Shown in pieces: positions 1 to 12,108 of a stretch of DNA of 64,000 nt (positions within the stretch are counted from its first letter, which is position 1; the number at the start of each line of letters is the position of its first letter). The notes under the pieces are model-generated. The model did no database searches and was not told where the DNA came from. It saw nothing but the letters and a program-made list of their open reading frames with translations. This DNA comes from Octopus vulgaris (taxonomy: Eukaryota). The stretch spans positions 11,966,001-12,030,000 of the forward strand of contig OX597830.1 of the NCBI GenBank assembly GCA_951406725.2, written 5' to 3'. Made by a program: the position numbers and the translations under genes.

Positions 1-209
1 GTTTTTAAGGATTTAAGGATCTCCCTGGAAGATAGATGAGGAGACCCAAATCAAAGAGAACAAGACTAGCTCTTAAGCCGATCAGAATTATGCCCCTTGG
101 AATTGGTCCCTTCCTGTCAACCAGTGATCTGTATGCCAGGATTCAGAACAGATGGAGAGAGAGTAAGACCGAGTTGGGGAGGGTTATTCTTAAATATTAA
201 TGGTCATGC

Positions 210-275
<66 letters not shown>

Positions 276-1111
276 GTTTGTATGTATAAATATTGGATGT
301 ATGGAAAATATTAACTCCCCGTTTATGGTGAGGAAAGCACTGATAGGGAAATAATCACTCCTTATACTTGGGCTGCACCCAGCTAGCCTGCTAACATATA
401 CTTGTGCTCATGAGGGCAAGAGGTGAATGTGTTAAGAGATTAGGGGTCTATATAAAATGGGATTTAAGTAAGAATAGGGTCAATATAAAAGAAAAAAAGA
501 TGAAGTACAATGGTGGCATTTATAAACAATCTTGTTAAGAAACATAGAATATATAAAAAGATCATGTTATGTAAAGTTTTCAGTGTATACAAAGGTTAAT
601 CTTGTAAGGGGCAAGTGTGTGGGACAAAGGTTACTGCAAAAGCAAAGAACCATATGAAAAGAGATAAAAGGGTACAAGAAAGAAGGATAAAAGCAGTGTA
701 GGAGGCAGTACAGTGAACCCATGTTTAAAGGTTGATATATAACAGACGTCTGAGTTAGTTAAAAACATACAATATCATAGAGTGGCTAGCATGAAGAGTC
801 AGAGGATAAATTTCCTTTTGTGAGGATATGAAGAAATCAGCTCTAGTTTAGAACATGAGAAATTAAGAGGCTGTGTAAGAATGCTCAGTTTTTTGAATGA
901 GGAAAGGGGGAACTGGAGATGATTGGTATAGGCAAGAGGGGATTCAATAATTGATTGTTTAATTTTATAGTTAGAGATATCTTATAAATTGCAAATGTAT
1001 TTTGAATGTTGCTACTCTTTTATTTTCGTGTCTAAATGGGTGGGTGTACTGAGTGTCTTTAGATTTGAATGAGTTCTCAATAGAGCCTATTTAGTACCTT
1101 GTCTCATTATT

Positions 1112-1520
1112 CTTTTAGTCTTTTACTTGTTTCAGTCATTTGACTGTGGCCATGCTGGAGCACCGCCTTCAGTTGAGCAAATCGACCCCAGGACTTATTC
1201 TTTGTAAGCCCAGTACTTATTTTATCGATCTCTCTTGCCGAACCGCTAAGTTACTGGGACGTAAACACACCAGCATCGGTTGTCAAGTGATGTTGGGGGG
1301 GAAAAACACAGACACACAAACATACACACACACAAACACATACATAAATATATATATGACAGGCTTCTTTCAGTTTCTGTCTACCAAATCCACTCACAAG
1401 GCTTTGGTCGGCTTGAAGCTATAGCAGAAGACACTTGCCCAAGGTGCCACACAGTGGGACTGAACCCAGAACCATGTGGTTTGTAAGCAAGCTATTTACC
1501 ACACAGCCACTCCTACGTCT
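1112..1520 (-). mobile_element. tRNA-derived SINE, family A (~400 bp)
   Basis: Minus-strand head with A-box-like tggctgtgtggt and B-box-like ggttcagtccc, central (CA/TA) tract, gagtaaaa-type tail; about 13 similar copies in the window. Confidence 0.9.
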
Positions 1521-1706
1521 AGGAGGTGTTGTTATTATTGGTAGAAATTTTGTAGCAGTGAACAACACTTTTCTGCATTGCTTTTAAGGGTGTGTAGGAT
1601 GTATAATCGAGTTGCTCTCTAGTATCCATCTTACATTCTTTGTATCATCTATCAACACTGTATATTTTCGGTACATTATGCATCCTATAACAAACACAGA
1701 CACACA

Positions 1707-1747
<41 letters not shown>

Positions 1748-1879
1748 TTAAGTTTGAAACAATAATTTAAAGTAGATTTCTTTTTCCCTTAGTCATACCT
1801 TGTAGTGTAATTGACAATGTCACTTTGTCATGGCATTTTTTGTTCTCATTTTGGGGTACTTTTAAGCATCTGCGAGTTA

Positions 1880-2281
1880 CAAAATTAGAAATATTAAATT
1901 TCTAAATATCTCAGAGAGATATGAGCGGTGGTGGAATGATAGAGCAGTTGTATACTGTCAACTTAACGTGACAGTCCTGCAAAGGGAATCACACCACCAC
2001 TATTTAGCCCTAGGAAGCATCGACGCTTCCTGTCAGCCTTGACACATTTCCTATGTCCTTATGTTTACAAAGGGGAGACAAGCACCCCCAACAGCTAGGG
2101 CAGCATCCAGAGACATGTTTCTGAGTTTTGCTCATCATCAGTCTGGAGTAGCATGGCCTGCTAGCTGAAGATGCTTGTAAAGCCTTTGTAAACATATATA
2201 CTTTCAGTGAAGTTTATTCACTGATCACCAAAATTAGAAATATTAAATTTCTAAATATCTCAGAGAGATATGAGCAGTGGT
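1880..2281. repeat. 53-bp direct repeat (1880-1932 and 2229-2281) bracketing a ~300-bp segment
   Basis: caaaattagaaatattaaatttctaaatatctcagagagatatgagc(g/a)gtggt occurs twice with 1 mismatch. Confidence 0.95.
2106..2147 (-). ncRNA. Minimal type I hammerhead ribozyme
   Basis: Minus strand reads UCCAGA-CUGAUGA-UGAG(caaaa)CUCA-GAAAC-AU-GUC-UCUGGA: complete core, 6-bp stem I, 4-bp stem II, short palindromic ACAUGU stem III, GUC cleavage triplet. Confidence 0.8.
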
Positions 2282-2339
2282 TTTATACAATTTTTCACAT
2301 AATCTACACGTTAGTGATACTGCTGCCATGTCAGTGCAG

Positions 2340-4035
2340 CACTTGATTGAGTCAGTTCATAATGCTTGTTCTTGATCAATAAGGATCAATTCTTCTGTCT
2401 CATTCTTCTCTATAAATCCTTGTCTTAACCATCTCTAAGATTCTTCATCAGCTTTACCTGGTGTTTGTTGGAAAAACTGTCTGTGAAGAACTCTTGTGTT
2501 CCTGTTGATGATCTTTTCTTCATTAGTCCTCATCTTGTACTTCTGGAGAATTTCATCATTATCACTGACCACCTTCTCGCTTAGTGAAGCCTGCAACATT
2601 CTTTTGTCAACATTCTCTATGATATGCATGCAAGCACTTAGTCTCTTTCATAACACCATCCTCTAGTCCAACCAATCCTCTTCTATCTTCCTTCCTAGGT
2701 AGGTAAAACCTTGCTATATTACTTCTAATATGAAGGTACCCATGCATGGCTATTATACTTTTAGATTTTCTGTCCTTGCTGACTAGTTCCTTCTTTGTCC
2801 ATTCCACAATATCTGTGCTTTGATACTTTCATTCAGCTTGGATCTACATAACCTTTTCTCTCTTATGATATATTTAAAAGAAATATTTCCCTTCATTGGT
2901 TTTCATCATCTGGCTTAATTGTAAAACACCAAGATAATTGTAACCTTCTCTGTTCACTTCTCTTATACACTAAACATCTGCAAATTATACTCCACTGCTG
3001 TCTACTTTTCACCCTCTCCTCAATTAAAGAACAGTGCATTTATCCTAGACCAAATGCCATCTGAATGTTGAGTGAGTTAATTCATATGGCCTGAATAAGG
3101 GAGTCCAGTTGACTTCTGATAACTCTGTAAAACTTCAAACCATCCATAGACTACAGGTAGTTAATTGGTCTTGTATTCTTTTGTAGTTTGTGACCAGCTC
3201 TCATCTTCTTCAAAACAAGAGATTATAGAAACATACTAATAATAAACAGCAGGGGTGACAGAGAGTCTCCTTGAAGGATTCCCCTCCTGACATTGACTCA
3301 TCTAATTTTTCTTCTGCCTGCTGTTGAAACTGTCTTCCAGTTCCTCACACTGCTTCTGATTAAATATATCATATTTTTAGCTGCCCTGACCCCTTCTAGT
3401 CATTTTAGAATCCATGAGTGGGGAACCATATTGTGTGCCTTCTTATAGTCAATCCAAGCCATTGATAAGCTTGTCAACCTTCTCCAACAGTTTCCCAAAA
3501 TTCTCTTACCTATCAGCAACTGATACTTTGTTCCTTGTGATCCTCCTTTCCTTCATCCCTCCTGTTCATCTGCCAGCAGTCTATTTCTTTCAAGGTGTTT
3601 GTACAAGTTTTTATCCATTATTCCACATCAAAGGTAAGCAAGTAATTGGATGGCAGTTACTGAACTTGGCACCCTTGGCTGAGTCTTTCTGGATCAACAT
3701 GGTTCTTCCTTTGACCATCCACTCTGCTACTATTTCTTGGTGTACACAGCTTTGTAGTACCTCTTGTAGCTTAGAATGCAAATTTGTCAATCCCTTGAAT
3801 CAAAGTCCCTGAACTAGACCTGGGCCAGCTGCCATCCAATTTCTCATCTTACCAACTTCTACTTATTTAGCTTCCAACATGATGGTAATAACTTCTTGTA
3901 CTCCTATGGCACTGATTTATTCTTCCCCTCTTTTGTGGTTAACTTCATCAGAGCAGATCTTGCTCCAAAACAAAGTTGCTTTTGTAGGATCAGGCAACTC
4001 TGCTTCTTCCATTCAAAGTCTCGTGAAACAGTTTC
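2340..4035 (-). mobile_element. Decayed R4/Dong-type non-LTR retrotransposon, RT region
   Basis: Minus-strand motifs RRGILQGDSLSPLLF (~3245-3290), degenerate YMDD region (~3145), and W..EL...DRK...HG.LH.RS...R.YLPRKE.RRGL (ORF 2607-2807); many stops and frameshifts. Confidence 0.85.
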
Positions 4036-4169
4036 TGATCATCATTATTACTATTGTTTATTCTATATCATGACATTATATGTCTGTGATATTTCTTTCA
4101 CTGACATTTGGTCCTATGTCCTGTAATTCTATTTTATCATTATTAGTATAATTATTCCTCTATCATCAT

Positions 4170-4290
4170 CACCCTCCTCCCCCTCACCTCTTCTCCCTAA
4201 CTCTCTCCTCTTCCCATCCTCCTCCTCCTCCTCCTCCTCCTCCTCCTCTTCTTCTTCTTCTTCTTCTTCTTCTTCTTTTTCTTCTTCTCA
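4170..4290. repeat. (CCT)n/(CTT)n polypyrimidine microsatellite
   Basis: Seen directly. Confidence 0.9.
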
Positions 4291-4407
4291 TCATTATTAT
4301 TGTTATGAGATTACAGAATCATTGCCATGTAATGAAAATGCTTAGGGGCATTTCTTCTGACTAGCCCCTCCTCCCAAATTTTAGGCCTTGTGCCTATAGT
4401 AGAAAGG

Positions 4408-4461
<54 letters not shown>

Positions 4462-4464
<3 letters not shown>

Positions 4465-5095
4465 TAGTTTTATTTTTATAGCATGCATCACTTCACTACC
4501 GAGTACAACTCTGTGTGCCTTGGGAATGCGCTGTGATTTGTTGTGATGCTCTGATGGTTACTGTATTGAAAGTGTTTTGCGTAGGATGTGTGCAGTGCCC
4601 AATAGTGCAATTTTCTGTGTTATTTATATTTGTAAGTCCTGGTGTTTTTGTTATGTATTTGTCTGAATATTTTTTATCATGACTAATGCACCTATTATGA
4701 TAGGAATTGTTTGTGTTTTTAGATTCCACATTCAAGTTACCTCTATTTCCAGGTCTTTGTATTTTGAAAGTTTCTCCATTTCTTTTAGAGACACGTTGTC
4801 ATCTGCTGGTATTGATACATCAATTAGAAACCATTTTTTTCTTCATGATCTCTGACAACTATATCTGGCCTATTGGCCTTAATTTCTCTATCTGTGTGTA
4901 TTGGCATATCACAGAGTATGGTTGCTTTCTCGTTTTCTGTGACCTTTTCTGGTGTGTGCCTATACCATCTTTTTCTGTTGTTATTCCATAATGTTGGCAT
5001 AGCTTCCAGTGTATGTAGGTCCCAACTCTGTCGTGTCTGTGAATATATTCCTTCTTAGCCAGGACCGGGCAGCCAGAGATAATATGATAGAGCCT
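4462..5095 (-). mobile_element. 3' fragment of R4/Dong-type LINE (zinc knuckle/REL endonuclease region) ending in (TAA)n
   Basis: HIISGCPVLAKKEYIHRHDRVG..IHW.LC motif (ORF 4859-5113); 3' end abuts (ATT)n at 4408-4461. Confidence 0.85.
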
Positions 5096-5119
5096 GAGAC
5101 AAAACATACTCAAGATTCA

Positions 5120-5870
5120 AATGTGATGACTGACAATAAGCTACTCAAATGAGTCAGGTTATTTATATATCTTAGAAGTACAGTAAATTTCAAGAGTACT
5201 CTTGATGATGAAGTCAATATTAGAATATCTAAGGCTACAAGTGCTTTTGGAAACTTTCTCATCTTTTGTGGGATGAACACAATATCAATTTGAAAACTAA
5301 TATAAATGTATACTAATCTTGTATATTGAAAGCACTTCTTTAAGGGATAAAAACATAAGATTCCCTACTGCAGACATATAATGAAACTTGAAATCTTTTA
5401 CATGTGCTGTCTGCATGATGTTTGCAACATAAAATGGCAAGATAAAATATCAAATATCAAAATTTTTTTTAATGTGATGTTTCCAGTATTGAAAGCATGC
5501 TGTTGAAAATTCAGTGCAAATATGCAGGACATGTTGTTCAAATGCAAGATGATTACATTTCAAAAATTCTTTTGTATGACCAAGAAGGAGAGGGTCATCC
5601 TTAAGTTGAAGCAATCCCTAAAATTCCTACAACTTAATTTAACATTTTGGGTAAGTTTGTTGCCTAGCCTGATGTGAATGGCTTAAAATGTGTCATGTTG
5701 CATCTAAACAATTTGAATTGAAGAAACAGAACAATAAATGAACTTTATCTTGTAAACAACAGACACGTTTGTCCAATTCTAGGCAAACCCCAAATCATCA
5801 TTGTCCCCATTGTGACTACATTGCAAAATCCATACCTGGACTCAAATTACGTCCATCCACACATGGATAC
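5120..5870 (+). mobile_element. Old RTE (BovB-like) LINE 3' fragment
   Basis: LDDEVNIRISKATSAFG motif (~5200-5250), AGHVVQM, C-terminal CPHC zinc-finger remnant (~5800). Confidence 0.75.
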
Positions 5871-6009
5871 AGCTTCTTTTTTAATCCTTCTTTTCCCATC
5901 CTTTCTTTCAAACACTAAAAAAATTGAAGGGACTATTATAATAAAAGTAAAAGAAAGAAGAAGAAAGAAATCATTAACCCACTAACAACTTTTTCCATCA
6001 TATAATGGT

Positions 6010-6480
6010 AAAATACCCAATCTTTCTGCTGTTTTCATGGCTATACTGCATTCGAAATATCACCTTCTTTTTCTGTATGATACGATACACACACACACAC
6101 ACACACACGCACACATACATATATATACACCTATATAATATGGAGCAAATAATTCACAAGAAAAATAATCCACGAAAAATAATTTGCGAAGATATCACTG
6201 AGTCTATCATTATGTAATGTAACAACTTAAAAATGATAACAGAATCAATAATATAAGTGATTGCAGGCCTGAAAAAAAAGCATTAGATAGCTGAAGGAGT
6301 AAAATTGTATGTCATCTGATTAATTTTAATATATACAACATATACATGTATAAATGCATATATTCATATATATATATATATATATATATAAACATACCCA
6401 ATCTTTCTGCTGTTTTCATGGCTATACTGCATTCGAAATATCACCTTCTTGTCTGTTTGATACGACACACACACACACAC
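6010..6480. repeat. Local direct duplication (~6010-6100 and ~6395-6480)
   Basis: atacccaatctttctgctgttttcatggctatactgcattcgaaatatcaccttctt followed by (CA)n occurs twice, about 385 bp apart. Confidence 0.9.
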
Positions 6481-7204
6481 GTGTATGCATATAAGTGTGT
6501 ACCCGGTTATGTGTAGACAACTCGTTTACCATACAAGACATGTAAGTTGACACCTAGTTCCCTCCTTCCCCTAATAATACACATTATGCCTCATTTAGCC
6601 AGTTGTGATTTATAACCCCTATAACATTGCCTTGCATATCTACCTGTCTATATAACACATGGCAGGAGGAAGGGGGCATGTGACCCAATCTGTCTCGGGG
6701 TGTCCTATTTTCGTTTCTAGCCATAGAGGTCAAATATTCTGTTGACTTTCTTTTCAATACACTGTATGATGACTGTAACTTATCAATACGGTTGTTTTCC
6801 CTCACACCATTATTTATGTCATCATATATACTTGTTATTATACAGGAACCCCTTTTATGAAACTAATGCATCCCTAAATATTTGGCTGTTGTGCAAAATT
6901 AATTTTCCTATTGTTTTTCATAATATCAGGTGAAAATATTATGCCTGGCACTATACCTTTCTACTCCAGGACAAAAAACATTTGTAGACCACTATTTCAT
7001 AAAAGCTTTTAGTCATCCATGTCTTAATTGAATGCCATATCAGAAGAAACTAAACTTTGTGTAACCCTTGAAAGTCCTTCGATTTTCAGAATGATGCGTT
7101 AGTAGCATTTCTTCCCCCAAAAGTTATCAGACAATTTTTGAAAGCTTTAAATTCTGGGGATGATTTTTTTTTCTTCACAAGAAATAAAAGTTCTAGCAAG
7201 GTAT

Positions 7205-7440
7205 GCACTTTCAGAAAAATGTAGTTTCCTCAACATTGTATACTTGCTATGGTGTAACTCCCTTCAGCAATCCTTTTCTCCAACTGCTCAGGGTAATCAG
7301 TAGCAACCTCTGTGGCAGTGCTTGCTGTTTCACCAGTCACTTTTATATTGTGCAAATTCACGTGCTTCTTAAACCTTTCAAACCAGTCTTTACTAGCCAA
7401 AAATGATTTTTCATTAACAAGTTTCACCTTCCTTTTCTTG
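7205..7440 (-). mobile_element. pogo/Tigger transposase fragment
   Basis: FLASKDWFERFKK...LHNIKVTGETAS......YPEQL motif (ORF 7230-7484), typical of the CENP-B HTH to DDE linker. Confidence 0.85.
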
Positions 7441-7441
7441 C

Positions 7442-7442
<1 letters not shown>

Positions 7443-7477
<35 letters not shown>

Positions 7478-9390
7478 TTAACATGTGCCACTGGCACAGG
7501 TGCTAGTTATGTGACACCAGCAACAACCAGAACTATGATTTCACTTGGCTTGATGAGCCTTCTCAAGCATGGATTATCACCAAAAGTCTCAGTCATTAGT
7601 CAATGCCTCCATGAGGCCCTACGTTGGAAGATCACCACCTTGTCCCATGTCTTCCTGGGTCTCCCTCTTCCACAGCTTCCCTCCACTGTTAGAGATTGTC
7701 ACTTCTTCACACAGCTGTCCACATCCATACACATCACAAGACCATTCCAATACAGATGTCTCTCTTGCACACCACATCTGATGCCTCTTATGCCCAACTT
7801 TTCTCTCAAGAGGCTTACATTCTGTATACATGCACACTGACATTGTACATCCAGTGAAGCATACTAGATTCCTTTCTTTCAAGCCTACGCATGTCCTCGG
7901 CAGTCACAGTCCATGTTTTACTGCCATGCAGCATGACTGTTCACACATAGGCCTCATACAATTTGCTCTTCACTCTGAGGGAGAGGCCTTTTGTTACCAA
8001 CAGAGGTAGGAGCTCTCTGAACTTTACCCAGCCTAGCAGCTTATTCTAGCAGCTATGCTCTTGGAGCATCCACCTCTGCTACTGACCTGGTTACCTAGAT
8101 AATGGAAGTTATCAAGAACTTCTAGCTTTCTCTGCTGGCATTTGACGGAGTCTATTTTCTGTATGTTTTTAGTGTTAATTGTACCTGTGCCTTCCATACA
8201 CAAAAACTAGTTGCCTGTTAACTTTCCTCTGATATTGCTGTACCTCTTATGTGCCCATATGGGGACATCTTGTGAAGTTTCTACCGCCGACTTTTCTACA
8301 GATCGAGCAAGGCCATCTACCAGAAGGGATTTGTGATTTGTCTGTTTTCCTACTTACTAAGACTGGTTTTTGCTAGATTAACTCTAAGGCCCTTTCATTC
8401 TAGACCTTGCTTCCACACCTGAAATTTCTTCTCTAGTTCTGGTGGTGACTCAGCTATAAGAGCAAGGTCATCAGTATTGAGGAGTTCCTACGGGCAGCCT
8501 GTCTTAAAATCCTCTGCTATTGCCTGGAGGACTATGATGAACAAGAGGGGCTGAGGACTGATTTTTGGTGAACCCCTACTTGTACCCTGAATTCATCAGT
8601 ATATCCATTGCTAATCTTCATCTTACTGACAGCATCCCTGTACATGGCTTGCACAGCTCTCACAAGTCACTCATCGATCCTTGGCTTCTGTGTTGATTAC
8701 CAGATAAGGGAGTGGGGGGACTCTGTTGAAGGTTTTCTCCATGTCAACAAAAGCTAGGTGCAGGGGTTTATTTTTGGCTAGATATTTTTCCTTCAGTTGC
8801 GTAACTAGGAATATAGCATCAGTTGTGCTCCTACCTGGCACAAATCCAAACTGTATCTCATCTACGCTAACTCCCTCCCTCATTAATCGAGCTATGACCC
8901 TCTCCGTGACTTTCATAACCTGGTCCAGCAATTTGATACCTCCAGAATTATTTCTGTCTAAGGCATCAGTTTTGCCTTTGTAGTTGTTGACTTTAGTGCT
9001 GCTACACCAATCATTGGGTATGAGATCCTCATGGACACCCTGATTGACTATACAGGTGACTTAGCTATATCCTATGACACCAGATATTTTAAGCACCTCA
9101 ACAGTGATTCCTGATGGGCCAGGGGTTTTTCCTGTCTTCATGTCCTTAATTGCTTTATCTATCAAGCTACTGTTGATTTGTATAGCTGGTCCCACAGTTG
9201 GGTCAACGTTTGGCAGACTCTCCTTGTTCCATTCATTTTCCACATTTAACAGCCTTTTGTAATGGCATTTCGAAGCCTCTTTCTTTGTAGAATCATTAAA
9301 TGCAAGTGAACCATCGCGGACACATTTCTCTCCTATGACATCATGATTTTGTCTCACACACTGTCTTGAAATCCAAACTACTTCAAGTCT
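7443..9390 (-). mobile_element. 5'-truncated RTE LINE (RT) with (GAT)n tail, inserted into the Tigger fragment
   Basis: QFGFVPGRSTTDAIF..QL.EKYLAK.KPL.LAFVDMEK (ORF 8671-8931), GK.PGPSGI..E (ORF 9061-9357); tail (CAT)n at 7443-7477. Confidence 0.9.
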
Positions 9391-9394
9391 CTAC

Positions 9395-10149
9395 AGTTCT
9401 ATATTTAAGAGATGAGGATTTATGTACTTTATATACATTATTTACATTAGACATTTGTCCTCATCACGTTTGTTGTTAACACAATTTTTTGGCTGATATA
9501 CCCTCCAGCCTTCTTTAGGTGTCTTGGGTAAAATTCGAACCTGGGTTCTTATTCCGAAGGTATTTTTCGATGTTATTATTATTATTATTATTATTGAGTG
9601 AGAGAGCAGTGTATGCCATCAAAGTGACACTGGGGTAAAATATACGAAGCCCAGTATACCCATCATGACTACCTGTCTGATAAGTGTACACTAGGCACAT
9701 GCATCACAACCATATGTGCGCAACATGGTGATCTCATATCAAGATAAACAGCACATGACTTTGCAGGTGGGGCCAAGTTAGAATTTTCTTTTGGTCAAGT
9801 AACCCATCCTGCTCAAAAGGTCCCTGAATAAGGGTTGTTTAAGGATGTTGAACGAAACACCCATGTTTTCAGAGGTGAATTATTCAAACCCCAAAGAATC
9901 CCTCTCAACACATGGCTATGATGTTCCTCCACTACTTCTGCTCGTGATCAGAGATGCACATATCGTCAGCCACTAAGGGACATGCTCAACTGGTTAAGGT
10001 TAAACAACTGACAAGCAAATCTGTGGTATTGAGCAGAATATTTGCTGTAGCCCATCTTTTATACCAAGACAAAACAATGTACATGATAACACTTCCAATC
10101 AGTTAAGATCAGAAGCCATGAGAGCCACTGCCTGGTACTGCATCAGGGC

Positions 10150-10184
<35 letters not shown>

Positions 10185-10496
10185 GCCCTGATGCAGTACC
10201 AGGCAGTGGCTCTCATGGCTTCTGATCTTAACTGATTGGAAGTGTTATCATGTACATTGTTTTGTCTTGGTATAAAAGATGGGCTACAACAATTATTATT
10301 ATTATTATTATTGTTGTTGTTGTTGTTGTTGTTGTTGAATTACTATGCCATATGCCCGTGGGCATATGGCATAGTGGTTAAGAGCACAGGCTACTAACCA
10401 CAAGATTCCAAGTTCAATTCCAAGCAGTGACTTGAACAATAACAATATTGAAAAACAACAACAACAACATTGAAAAACAACAACAACAACATTGAA

Positions 10497-10506
<10 letters not shown>
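9395..10506. mobile_element. Head-to-head tRNA-derived SINE (family E) pair with a nested family-D repeat
   Basis: Plus-strand head gggcatatggcatagtggttaagagc...agttcaattcc at 10360-10420; gaaaaatacctt links the plus copy (~10492-10505) to the minus-strand 3' part at 9395-9575; 16-bp inverted arms at 10342-10375. Confidence 0.6.
9595..10151. repeat. Interspersed repeat family D embedded in (ATT)n; partial second copy at 57195-57516
   Basis: gagtgagagagcagtg...ccactact shared with 57195-57516; both copies flanked by (ATT)n. Confidence 0.85.
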
Positions 10507-10530
<24 letters not shown>

Positions 10531-10667
10531 GATCCATATCTATTCAGTGTTGACTGAGTACTCAATATATTATAAAGGTTGATAATATTTTTACAACTTA
10601 TTTGAATACCCTTTGCATCCACAAATGAAACTAAGAACATCAAGAAACAGACTCAACAAAAATAGAT

Positions 10668-10703
<36 letters not shown>

Positions 10704-10719
10704 ATGTGTGTGTATGTGT

Positions 10720-10750
<31 letters not shown>

Positions 10751-10860
10751 AACTGCTAGACAATATAAATATATATGCACACATACTCACACACATTCGA
10801 CAATGTATACTCTCTGATGGTTACATGTGGGATTATGACTATTGATCAAGTATATATTTA

Positions 10861-10943
<83 letters not shown>

Positions 10944-11769
10944 GACAGAGATACAGAAATATTGCAGGAGTATGATTTAATCTCAAATTACTTCAAGGGC
11001 ATAATAGCTTAATTTTAGGATCTATATTGCTACTTGGTCTCTGTCCATATATGAAACTTTATTGAATGTGCAAATTAATCTAACATTCTTTTATTTCAAT
11101 TAAATCTGCGACGAACTAAAACGTTTTCTTTTATTTATGCAATACAAATTATTTGTCTTGTTAATGACATAATATAGTAATTCATTTAAACAGAGTAAAT
11201 ACCTGTGATAAATATTTCAGAAATCAATGACCTTAATTACAGGAAAGGTTAAATAGATTATAGATATGCTTTAAACCAGTTACTTGAATATGTTACTGCA
11301 AATGGCTGGTAATCAACAGTTAACGATACTATGTAATAAAAGCATACTTGCTTTGAAATCAGCTTATTCCATTTCTGAAAAAAACATTACTTTATTAAAT
11401 TCATAAGGTGCTCTATTTCTTTAAGTCTTTCATTACCATATTTCTCTTGAAATACCCTGCCATTTTGTAAAATTAAATTTGAAAATGATGAAGAATTTAG
11501 TAAAATAACTTTATTATTATTTATATATTTGTTGTGCGAGATTTTTTATGTGAAGTCGTGTGTTGAAACAGATATTGTTATATTTCGGAATGGTCATTTT
11601 GCCAGTTTAGCCAATAAAAACACACACACTATATATTTGGTGTTACTTTGCTTCAGTGTTATTTATTTTTTACATTAATCTTAATCTTATTTCGGCCAGA
11701 GTTCTTTTGTCACACTCCTTATTATTATTATTAAGCTGGTGTTTGGAACATAAATTAACATAAATTAAC

Positions 11770-12090
11770 TGCACTATTCCAAAGGTCCCAGCTATCCTGT
11801 CTAGAGTGAGGACCATGTACTGCAGCAGCTTGGGATTCAAGGCCCCAAAGCTATTTAATGCCTTGCCAAACCATATGAGGGATCTTCATGGAACAGGAGT
11901 ATATGTTTTCAAGAAACTTCTTGATCTCCTGCTGTCCAACGTCCCATATGAATTATAGAAACAAACTCAAAAGAGGACAACAGCATCAGACTGTCTCTTT
12001 CACCAAAATCCAAGCGCATAAGAATGGCCAATGGAAAGGTGATTACACGGGGCATTCTCCAGCATGGGCACAGCCTTTGGGCTGAAATGT
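11770..12090 (+). mobile_element. CR1/L2-like LINE 3' end
   Basis: GPKLFNALPNHMRDLHG..V.VFKKLLDLLLSNVP, a typical RT C-terminus. Confidence 0.7.
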
Positions 12091-12108
12091 ATAAAAGAAT
12101 GAAAGAAT

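Noticed and set aside
1-1100. Purine-skewed segment, possibly a decayed Penelope-like element
   Set aside because: No diagnostic motif could be read with confidence
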